Shown here: positions 10,801 to 20,439 of the stretch, one piece after another
How the letters are laid out: each line of letters starts with the position of its first letter
Position numbering within the stretch: position 1 is the first letter of the stretch
Source of the DNA: Anthoceros angustus
Lineage: Eukaryota; Plantae; Anthocerotophyta
NCBI GenBank assembly: GCA_010909165.1
Contig: VJWM01000379.1
Location: 1 to 26,249 of the forward strand
DNA: 26,249 nt
Reading direction: 5' to 3'
Position numbers and translations under genes: made by a program
The notes under the pieces: generated by a model
What the model was told of the DNA's origin: nothing
The model's input: the letters and a program-made list of their open reading frames with translations, nothing else
The model's database searches: none

Positions 10801-11307
10801 AATGTGAAATCGGTGGTGTGGCATATTTTGGATCTTTGGTTTCATGTTAAAGCTGGTTCTGCAGTAGCCCAGTCTTTGTTGTGTGTTCTGTCCCACAAAA
10901 TGTCTACATGGCGTGTGTCATTAAACTAATCGTGTCATTGGAATTGCATATGTGTACGAGCTCGAGCTGGATCGGGGCTCACGAATTGTTTTGTAGACCA
11001 TCCGAGGCCCTCTTTTCTCGCGCAATCGGGTTTGCTCGTAATTGAGCAATTACAACCGGTAGCCTCCTCCCAACGTTGCTAAGAACTACAAACGGAGAAT
11101 TGCTTCACAGACCCACAAAAACCAGTGCATTCTCCCACAAGTAACATGATTGTCAAAAGTGCAAGGATTCACATCTATGCCAATTATGGATGCTTGCACA
11201 TTAATCCCATCCAGACATCCACACGTCTAGCCTTGACAAAAAGTGACCACCAGGACTAAGAACAAAGCAAGCCCATGTATATTTTGCAGCAGACCCCTCC
11301 CTTTACG

Positions 11308-12100
11308 CTATGTCGCCACAACTTGATCCAACCATGTTCTATATCCAGAGAGCCTAAAAGCTGCAGTGTTCTTGTTCTTCTCATTGGCCACAGGAATAGC
11401 TACCATTGGAAACTTGTAGTCGGGGATCGACTTCAAGCATTATTGGGTCACGTGGCCACGAATCCGATGGTGGTAGGCACTTTTGTCGATGGGCACGCTC
11501 ATAGTAGTAACCTTTCACAACCTTTTCACTGCGCAAAATCTCACCACCCCTGGATCTTGATTGCATGATGTGACCATGGGCTCACGTACAGCAATACATA
11601 CCAGAACTTTCTCTTTATTACCGAGGCCTCGAGCGCACCATGAAGTTATCTCCACACGAGGGCGCACCAAATTCCAAACCGGTTGTTCCACCATGGCACT
11701 TTGTGAAGCTTTCTTGGGGCAGTCTCCGGACTTGAGGCACCCTTAGTTTCAAGTTCACAGGTGCTCCGGCTTGCCTTTTCTACGCAAAGGCGTCACGGAT
11801 ACCTCCACCACTTGAGTGCTGTGGACTCTGGACTTCCCCAGGGGCTAGAAATAGGCGGGTTTTGTTTTTGTAGGAGAAGGATAAAATGAGGCGAAAAGGA
11901 AATAAGCATGGATAGCACTCGGACTCGGTATACTCGGACTCGGAGTGAGGCGTGCCGGACCTACTATGGTAGGCGCCCAGTAGCAGGATAAGTCCGGACC
12001 CACTCCGAGACCGAGGCGGGATAAATCGCCGAAAGTAACTTAGGAGTTGAGCCGTGGGGCGGACGGGCGGCCACGTGGGCGACCACGAGTGGAGGGCGGG
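11308..12100 (-). pseudogene. C-terminal fragment of a second Sola-like transposase
   Basis: Reads ECYPCLF (cf. CECEPCMF at ~7710), EKVVKGYYYER, then YKFPMVAIP...AFRLSGYRTWLDQVVAT* with stop at 11308-11310. This parallels GEEVVV...CKFTMAP of the plus-strand copy. The upper boundary is approximate. Confidence 0.6.
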
Positions 12101-12463
12101 CATGCGGTGGCAGGCCTTGCGAGGCCGTTATAGCGGTATTCACGCGGCTGCGGCGTAAAACAGTGCAGCGGCGGCGTAAGGCGAGTAAGCGGGCGTAAGG
12201 TCGAGAATAAGCCATGCGGACCTCAGGCGATTCTGGACGGGGCGCCCTCCCGCCCGGTTACTCCGAAGGCGCGGCGAAGGAAGGTCATTCATTGCGCGAC
12301 CTCGAGACAATTCTCGCGATCTCTTGCGCTCCATGATCCGGCTCTCTGGCGGTATCTCGTTGGGACACTCAGCGTCTTGGCGGCTCACCGTTGAGGTTGG
12401 GCGTGACAGCGGCGCAGCGTGCGGTGTCTCGACAAGCGGCTCGGCAACCAAGGAGGAGAGGCG

Positions 12464-12988
12464 ATGGCACCCAAAAAGCTGCGGAAGTTTGGGAGCCATG
12501 GAACCTTGGGCGCAACATTGTGACTCGGCCGGACTTTGGGCCACAGCTCCGAGGCGGAGAATTAGTGCGGGGAGTGGCATTTGGATGTGTTCGGATGGCG
12601 GACATTCGATAGTGTCACTCTGGTCAGGGAGTTCGCCGGAAAATCTTTGGCGGCGGTCAATAAGGAGGTGCGGTCCAAGAACCTCGGGAGGACCAAGCGA
12701 TGGACCTTGGAGGTCTGACCTAACCGCCCAAGGAGGAGAAGAAGAGTGGTGCGGGCCCCTCAAGGCGAAGGGAAGATAGGGCCGACCCACGGAGCGATCT
12801 TTGAGGCACAGGGCAGCGGACCACCAGCGGTTGGGCGATATCCAGGACTGTTGGGCCGGTCGAGTAAGGCGGTGGCCGGATCATTGTCCAGGAACCTACT
12901 CACCAAGGTGGATCACCTTGGTGATAATCTGTAGTATTCTGCATGCGGCGGCCAGGAAGAAGGCGGCGGGGAAGGATTATCTTCGCCT
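12464..12988 (+). pseudogene. 5' part of LTR-retrotransposon accessory ORF (truncated duplicate)
   Basis: Starts ATG GCA CCC AAA AAG (MAPKK) at 12464 and is paralogous to 13982-14488. It is cut at the duplication junction. Confidence 0.55.
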
Positions 12989-13650
12989 TCAAGCATTATT
13001 GGGTCACCACGTGGCTCGAATCCGAGTCGGTAGGCACTTTGTGAGGGCACCGCTCATAGTAGTAACCTTTCACAACCTTTTCACCCGCAAAATCTCACCA
13101 CCCCACTGGATCTTCGCTTTACCTAATGTGACCATGGGCTCGTGCAATAATACATACCATAACTTTCTCTTTATTACCGTGCCTCGAACGCACCATGAAG
13201 TTATCCCCGCACAGTGACGCCGCACCAAATTCCAAACCGCCGGTTGTTCCACCATGGCACTTTGTGAAGCTTTCTTGGGACGCCCTGGTCTCCCGGACTT
13301 GGAGGCACCCTTCCGTTTCAAAGTTCCTGGAGTCTGCTCCGGCTTGCCTTTTCACGAAAGTCACGTCCACGGATACCCACCACTTGTGCATGTGGACTAC
13401 GGACTTCCTTGGGGGTAGGAAATAGGTAGGGTTTGTTTTTTTTGTAGGAGCGAAGGATAAAATGAGGCGGAAAAGGGGAAATAAGCATGGATAGCACTCC
13501 TGGCACTGAGTATACTCCGGACCGGAGTGAGGAACGCACTGACCTACTATGGCGCGCGTGGTAACGGATAAGTCCGGACCCACCTGTGACCAAAAGTACG
13601 CCAGGAAAGTAACTTAGAGTTGAGCCGAGGACGGACCAGCGACGCCACGG
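12987..13650 (-). pseudogene. Duplicated C-terminal transposase fragment
   Basis: TQCQECYPCLF...GDNFMVRSRHGNKEKV (13119-13583) and FAGEKVVKGYYYER. It is the nucleotide paralogue of 11431-12100. Confidence 0.6.
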
Positions 13651-13981
13651 GCGACCCCGAGTGGAGGACGGCATGCACCAGACCGAACCTGCCGTATAGC
13701 GGTATTCACGCCACGCGGCGAAGGCCGAGTACGCGCCAAGGCCGAGTAAGCGGAGGCGAAGGTCGCAGCCATGCGCACTGCGCTACGGATGGAAGAGGCG
13801 CCCGCCCGCCGTTACTCCCGCGGCGCCAAGGGGAAGGTCTCGCGCAGCCCGAGACACTCGCGATCTCGCGCCCGCCGCTGCATCTCGTGGACGCCAGACG
13901 CTCGCCGCTCACCGCTGAGGTTGGCGCGCAAGAAGAACGCGCCGGGCCTCAAGCTACAAAGAACCAAGGGAGGAGAAGGCG

Positions 13982-16555
13982 ATGGCACCCAAAAGCCGGA
14001 AGTTTGGGAGCCATGGAACCTTGTGGAGCGCAACATTGTGACCCGCGCTATCCGGACTTTGGGCCCCGGCCGAGGAAGGTGAGAATTGGGAGTGAGCATT
14101 TGGATGTGTTCCATGGTCCGGACGCTCGACAGGTCACCGTCCGGAGTTCGCCCGGAAGATGTCGGCGGTCAATAAGGAGGTGCGGTCCAAGAACCTCCGG
14201 GAGGACCCAAGGCGATGGACCTTGAGGTCCCGAGGCGGCCTACAACCGCCCAAGGAGGAAGAAGGGGAGGGTGCCGAGCCCTCAAGGCGGCGGGAAGATA
14301 GGGCCGCCACAGCGGCGTCGAGGCTCGACGCAGGACCACCAACGGTTATCGATATCCGACCGCTGATACGAGGGCGAGCCCGGATCATTGTCCATCGAAC
14401 TCACCAAGGTGGATCACCTTGGTGATAACTGCTGGTATTCTCGCGCGCAGCTGGGGAAGAGGGCGACCGGGAAGGATTATCTTCGCCTGAGGCCCGCAAG
14501 CTCAGACCGAAGCCTCGCCATCTGGGCCGCCCCATACCGATCCATGTATGGGGGCATTTCGAGCTCCTCAAGGAAGGAGAGCTTGAGCGAGCGCCCGGAA
14601 AGGACTGAGGCCCCCGGTGGAGCGGCAAGGGCGCCGAGGGAGGAGGCCGATCGTCAAGGCCAAACGGACCCGGAGGAGGACGATCGAGGATTCCGACTCC
14701 ATACGTCTGAACGGACCCCCTCACCACCTGTGGAAGTATGGGAAGAAATTCGCCTCCTCCGTGCCCCAACCGAGCCCCCAGCAGAAGCTGCCCCGACCCC
14801 AGCAGCCCCGCCACCGCCCACAACCACCCGAGGAGCTCACGACTGTGAGGGAGCCAAGAGACGCAAGACCACGCCAACGCTGCACCTGACGGTGCCAAGA
14901 CTTACCCCCGCCTACCTGAGTGGCAAGAAGCGGAGGAAGCGAAGGAGGGCGAAAGGGACGCCTGTGGAGCAGGAGGACACGGCAACAGACTGAGCCGGGT
15001 CCTGCCGGCGGGGCAAAAGGCTTGCTCCCGGATTCTCACCTCCTCCGAGCCCTGTGGAGAAAAGGGCGGAGAAGGAGCTCGCCAAAAGGGCCAAGGAGGG
15101 TGAAGCTCGAGCCAAAGACTCGTGACCTAAGGGTCCCGATTAGGTCCGAGAACCCACCGACTTACTCCGGACAATGGTATGGAGGTCCTTGGCGATCGGA
15201 ATGCCGGCCCCACGACTTTGTGGGAGCCTCACAGCCGCCGTGGAAGAAACACGGTCCTGCTACCGCCATGGAGATGCTTTGGGGTCTCGGATGGCCGAGA
15301 AGACCTGTGGAGGTAGAAGCCACCCGAGGCGCATGGTACTCCTCCGTGAGCAGCTGAGGGGCCCAGGAGGCAGAAGGAAGGCAAGCTCGGCCGATTGAGG
15401 AGGGAAACGCCGAGGCCGAGAGGGAGGTCCGTCCATCCGCAAGGACCGACCAAATTCCTTCACCGGAGGAGCACAAGCAGGGGAGGCCCAAGCGGGAGGA
15501 CCTCGCAGCAGAGGGGCGAGCGCAGCAGAAGCGGAGGCGCCCGCAAGCGCGTAAGCGGACCCGCGGAGGCAGCCCGACCGACCAGAGCCAAGCCGAGAGG
15601 CTCGTGAAGGTGGCCAAGGAGGCGAGGCCACGGCGGCCGATCGCGATCACTATCGGCGTGATCGGAACCGTGGAGGGAGGCGGCCGAGAGCCACGCCAAT
15701 CAAGGCCGAGGTGGCATGGAGCAAGCACGACGAGCTGCAGAAACCTGAGGCCAAGACCGGAAATCGGGACCCTGTGGCGCACTGCAGGAGGTAGAAGGGA
15801 GGCGGAGCCGGAGGACAAGAAGGACACCTTGGAGTTACAACCCAAGACGCTGGAGCAAGGGTTCTCAATGAGAATCCAAGACTTCGAGCGGAGATAGAGC
15901 GCCCACCGCCTCAAGATGGAGCAGAGGTGGAGCAAGCGGGACCAGCCAGCCAAGAAGTTCGCGACAAGGAGATGGAGGATCTCCTGACTCGCCCGGAGGT
16001 GGAGCAAAGGCAGTGAGATGGAGGACCGCAAGGAGACTTTGAGTCAGCCCAAACTATCATTGAGAGGAATGGTAGTCTAGGATATGGTCGCGAACGCGAA
16101 TAGAGCGGCCCGCCTGGCGGACGAGCCGGCGATGGAACAGGAGCAGTGACGCCGAGATGGAGAAGGGCTCGGGCGAAGCCCGCAGCCGCAGTTCACCGTC
16201 TGAGCGGGAGATGGCGGAGTTAATGCAATGGACAAAGAGGCGAGGGCGGAAGGTATCAAGAAGCCGCCGGTCCACCGAGGAAGTTTGAAGGAACGCCATG
16301 CTATGGCGGCAAGTCAGAACCAAGGAGGAGTTGGAGCAGTGGAGCAACAATGACTCATGGAGGAGGTGACCGAGGCACTGGCACTGCGAGAAGGCCCCTA
16401 TCAAACCCAAGGGAGGTGGAGCAACAAGGTGCTCACCTCCCGAGCACCTATGGCTAAGGGAGTATCGGTGCTCACACGTGGAAGAGGCAATCCAACAAGT
16501 GGATTCGGACTTTGCCTATTACCACCGAGCTCGGCAGAGGCCTCTCACGAAATAG
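13982..16555 (+). pseudogene. LTR-retrotransposon accessory ORF of unknown function: conserved N-domain, acidic/Pro-rich linker, coiled-coil C-terminus (frameshifted)
   Basis: MAPK start at 13982; AVNKEVRSKNLREDPRRWTL; TNGYRY; D[W>R]GRIIF (~14465-14487); PY..MYG.FELLKEGE (~14532-14580). A low-complexity linker and E/K/R-rich heptad-like region follow, ending EEAIQQVDSDFAYYHRARQRPLTK* (TAG 16553-16555), then an LTR. I recall similar hypothetical proteins from liverwort/moss retroelements (unverified). Confidence 0.55.
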
Positions 16556-17253
16556 ACGGACCCCGGAAGGCCCTGAGGGGAAGAAGGGCATGGGACAAGA
16601 CAGGACCCTAGGGGCCCTGCTTGGAGACGACGGCAGCGGGGAGAAGAGCCCAAGAGGAGCGGGGACGCAACGGACCCTGGTAAGTTCACCACCACCCGCC
16701 CGAGAAGGGGGTGACCCGGGGGGAGGGGAGCCAACCCAACCAAGACAAGGGTCTGGGTAAGGAGGAGGACCTAGCAAGACGAGGTCCACTGAAAGGGGTC
16801 CGAGCGGGACCTGAATAAGTTCGACCGAGGTCCGAACCCCGAGACGAGGCCGGACCCGCCGGACTGAAATAAGCCGGACTGGAGTTCGTGCCCGAGTCGA
16901 GACCGACCTCGAGGTCGACTCGGCAAGAAGGAGGAGCCCCTTCGACTTACGCTAGGGGAGCAGATAGTGGCCCCACCGAGGGGACCCATGGGAGGCTGGG
17001 GAGGATGACGTGGTAACGGGCGGTCGCCGACCGCCGAGCCCAACCCGACTGTGATTCCGGGAGAGGAGGGGTCTACCGGATCATCCGATTGCGCCAACCG
17101 CCGTGACGGGAGATTGGACCACCAATCCCAAGGCGAACCCGGACCTTCCCCCACCGCCCCGAAGGAGATAGGGGAGGAATAGGATGGTAGGCCGATTAGG
17201 TATACCGAAATGCCATCCCGTAATAGGGGTAATAAAGACGCCGACCGGCGTAG

Positions 17254-17277
17254 TATAAGAGGGTCAGCCTCAATAAA
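17254..17277 (+). promoter_or_regulatory. LTR TATA-like box and polyadenylation-like signal
   Basis: tagTATAAGagggtcagcctcAATAAAtc in U3/R-like order. Confidence 0.45.
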
Positions 17278-17323
17278 TCATCTTTCTTGGTGTTGATGCC
17301 TTGCACCTTGTGTGTCTTCTAAC

Positions 17324-17407
17324 GTGAGTCCCGAGTCACCGAAAGGTGCACAGCCCGGAGGGATTGACTGTGGTCCCGTGACGGACCTAACGTGTTGTGG
17401 TGTGCAG
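17324..17407 (+). other. Consensus-perfect 84-nt intron-like element in the LTR leader
   Basis: GTGAGT donor at 17324, CTAAC branch point at 17387-17391, TGCAG acceptor ending at 17407. Confidence 0.5.
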
Positions 17408-17899
17408 GGAAGGTGATCGGGGACCCGTGCTCGCCCAGCCGCGCGCCCACCGAACGGACCGAACGTGAGCCGGAGGGACTCGGAGGGCGGCAGCCGGACG
17501 GAGAGGCCCGTGGAACGCGAGGAGGTCCGGATCGTAACCCGCCTTTTCCTTAAGATAAGTAGTGTGAGAGGAGAGAGGACGAGGTGTGAGAGACGAACGG
17601 AACGAAACGGACGCGAACGGTCCTTAAACGCTTGGCCATACCGGCCCGTGTTTGTCGCGAGTAGTTAGACGTGAACTAAGGAGCGTTGGACCGAACGGAC
17701 GCAAAGTAAGACGAGAATCGCCTCAACGCAAACGGAGCTCCATTCCCTTGGGAACGAACTCTTCCTACAACGACACGGATTGTGCGCCTGGCCGGGCAAG
17801 AAAGTCGACGGCCGATGTCAAGTGGCGACGATCCTTATGAATGAACACTTCGCACATAGGTGGCCGCACCGCAGAGAATCCCATTGGAACACCAAGACA

Positions 17900-19050
17900 A
17901 GTGGCCACATCCATCCCGCAAGCCACCGCCATAGTGGTCACGTCCTCCCCATCCTTGCCGGGCACCTCCACCTCATCTTCCAGATCCGCGTGGTCACTTC
18001 CACGACGGCACAAGTTCTACAAAGTTGCGGTTCGTGCACAAGTGTGTCATTCTTGATGAGTTTCATCATCATGCACAAGGTGGGTGTCCACCGCACGACC
18101 GAGTCTCGGTGTAGAAATCGGTATCCTCCCCAGGTATCCTCTTCCACGCTGGTATCCTTCCACCGCCGCATTGATCTTCAACACACGAGTTGTAGCTGGC
18201 CTTGTTGAGCCGAATACACATGGGTGCCCACCTTGTGGCTCACCACCAATGACCCATGCCGTTGAGTGGAATCAAAAAATGGGGCCAAGAACAGTCGCCA
18301 CGTGAGGCATCTGCATCAACCAAAGGAGCCAACCCCAAACATGACATCGCTGACCGCCACATGAGTGGGCCAAACTACACACCCTGTAGTTTGCCTCACC
18401 AGACTCAATCTGGTTTGAGACGGGGACCACCAGATCCGCGATTCCATGACATAGTTGTGCATTGGCCAACAGAAGAATCGAATCGCCGCTTTGGGATAGG
18501 TGGCCGCTGCCCACGTGGTGGTGTGATCAACGCAAGACCGCCAAGCGAGGACAAGGCAGACCTATATGTGCCTAGGGACAAGGTAATTGTTAGCACAAAG
18601 GTCTCATATAGCTTTTCCATGCAAAGCAACAACCTTAGAGCACTACTAACCGTGAGACTCATGAACCGCCTTCTTATGTGAGTCAGGGGCACTATCCTGC
18701 GACCAGCCCCCAACAATTCTTCCAAACGGTGCTCCATGATGTGGAATTCTTGCAGCCCATGATAATGCTCGTCCACTGCCTCGGTCACGCCCCTGTGCAT
18801 CCGGTTGGACTCCACTAGTGAATGGCCAACCCTTGGCCTGCAACCACCGTGGCCGGGACTTGAAGAGAACAAGTGGATTGGGGTGTCACCGACCAAAGAT
18901 GTGTTGGTAGAGGCATACATCGTGAAAACAAAGTGCCCACAAGGGAGGAAAACAAAGTCATAGCATCCGAATCCCTACATAGCACCACAAAACCAGTTTA
19001 GATGCATGGGAACAGATCTCGACACAAAACAAGGCATGCATACTGGCGAA
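17900..19050 (-). pseudogene. RING-like Cys motif plus Ulp1-like (C48) cysteine-peptidase remnant; probable DNA-transposon cargo
   Basis: FCGAM*GFGCYDFVFLPCGH (LPCGH at 18933-18947). Downstream: FLIPLNGMGHW (His motif; IPLN 18261-18272, HW 18246-18251), then LVV...HVY-S / YNS, then RDS..SCG (18090-18098). This matches the H...D...Q/C order of Ulp1 proteases across frameshifts. Confidence 0.55.
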
Positions 19051-19215
19051 GTACTGTACACGCAGACTTCGTGATCCGGAGGCTACATTCGCTAGTGTAA
19101 GAAGGGCTGGAATCCATTGAGGAGTCCTTTCTTTCTTGAGCGTCAAGCTATGCGCCAAAGGCATCATGTAAATCCTTAGCGATTAAGCTGCTCGTTGGAG
19201 CGTCACGCTTTTGCG

Positions 19216-19950
19216 TGACAAGAGCTTGTCTGACCCTCTCTTTTCTAGATTGCTCTCACACTTTCTTCCTCCTCTTCTCTTTTTGTCTTTTCTCTTGCTC
19301 CTCCCTTCTCCTCTTGCTCCCCTATCTTTTCTAGCTCTCGTCTCCGCCGCCTCCTCTCTCTCGCTCTCTCTTCTCCTCTTGTTTTCTCTGTTTTCTCTGC
19401 CTCCGCATTTTCTCTGTTTTCTCTTTCTCTCTTTTCTCCTCTCCTCTTCTTATCTACCTCTCTTTCACTCCTAGCTAACTATCGCCTGGGCGCCTCCCGC
19501 CTCCCAAAGAATCGCCTCATCATAGGGCGGTGCCCTCATGGTCCTAGGCCGGACATTTGGCATGACGCCCACGCTGGAATTTACTAGGGGTCTTCACTTC
19601 ACCAGCCTGTCGCATCGTCGCTGCGACCACAACGCCGCTCCCTCACCGCTCGAACGCTACCCAGCTGCTACCTCCACAAAGAAAGGCTTGGGTCCCGCCC
19701 TTGCCCTGGTCACCGCACCTCAAGACCCTACCAGACACCATGCACCCTCACACGGTCGGCACGCACGCTTGCGTAGCAAACAAGCACACACAGTCGTGAG
19801 AGCAAGGCATGACATTTTATTATGGGAGCTCCTCCCCCTCTTATAGGAGCTCCCCAAACCCTAGCATTAATTAAGTCTGGTGGGGTAGGTGGGGTTGCTT
19901 ACGGTTTTAAGTAGGTGGCCTCAAAAAGGTTCTTAACCTACCTCCTAACA
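19216..19950 (-). mobile_element. LTR, 735 bp, TG...CA (TGTTAGG...CTTGTCA on the minus strand)
   Basis: Canonical termini. A purine-rich PPT-like GGGGTTAGTGGGAT precedes it (19951-19964). Minus-strand CTATAAG at 19839-19845. The CTTGTCA end is shared with the LTR end at 24162. Confidence 0.65.
19229..19470. repeat. Polypyrimidine (CT-rich) low-complexity tract inside the LTR
   Basis: Almost entirely C/T on the plus strand. It produces the spurious L/S/F ORF at 19211-19474. Confidence 0.9.
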
Positions 19951-20439
19951 ATCCCACTAACCCCTATGGGTCTTAATGACCCCTTCACTCCCCTACCAAC
20001 TATCCTCCTACTTCTTCGGCTGGCATGGCCGCCCCCACCGCCTCCTCTTTCGGGGACCGTCTTCCCGATCTCCGCTGTCATGACAGAGCCTTCACACTGC
20101 TCCGATGCCGCTGATGAAGTTGGAACGCCGCCTCTTGCAGGCGCCTTGAGGCACCGCCTCGTAGCAAATGGTATCCGCCGCATTACCTGGGCGGTTGGGT
20201 GCAACGCCTGCCCCGCTGCCAGACACCCCCACCAACCCTACCGGCCGCTGAAATCTCCTCCTCTTCCATTGGCTCCTCCCACACCGAGCCTTCGCATCCA
20301 TTTCGCCTCTGTGTCCCGAATCTCCGGGAGGGTCGCAATTCCTCCAAAATCTCGTCATCATGGGGACCCAACTTCCTTGTCAACAAGGAACGATCTCCTT
20401 GGCGAACTTGTTGACCTCGCATGTAAGTGGACCCGCATC

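Larger units (their letters stand above)
11431..14488. repeat. Tandem duplication of a ~1.5-kb chimeric unit (11431-12988 and 12987-14488)
   Basis: Both units start cttcaagcattattgggtca and end gggaaggattatcttcgcct. They share many internal blocks, e.g. ctcatagtagtaacctttcacaaccttttcac, gttgttccaccatggcactttgtgaagctttcttggg and ggcggtcaataaggaggtgcggtccaagaacctc. Confidence 0.95.
16712..17775 (+). mobile_element. Probable 3' LTR (5' border uncertain)
   Basis: Purine tract GAGAAGGGGG (16702-16711) abuts TG. TATAAG at 17254-17259, AATAAA at 17272-17277, and the ...ACA end at 17775 is similar to the LTR end at 4231. Confidence 0.5.

Noticed and set aside
13070-13321. Plant mobile domain (PMD)-like reading
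   Set aside because: An alternative frame matches the transposase C-terminus (GDNF...EKVVKGYYY) much better.
14388-16611. Many overlapping R/P/G-rich ORFs on both strands, including the 289-aa ORF 15162-16031 (-)
   Set aside because: Typical of GC-rich sequence with few stops. They are frame fragments or antisense of the plus-strand accessory ORF.
17775-18020. Possible gag zinc knuckle (GCGHLSWC) and aspartic protease (LDIG-AST) on the minus strand
   Set aside because: Needs several assumed frameshifts and the knuckle spacing is wrong. The adjacent sequence fits a Ulp1-like protease better.
19211-19474. Hydrophobic L/S/F ORF resembling a membrane protein or signal peptide
   Set aside because: By-product of a CT-rich tract inside an LTR.
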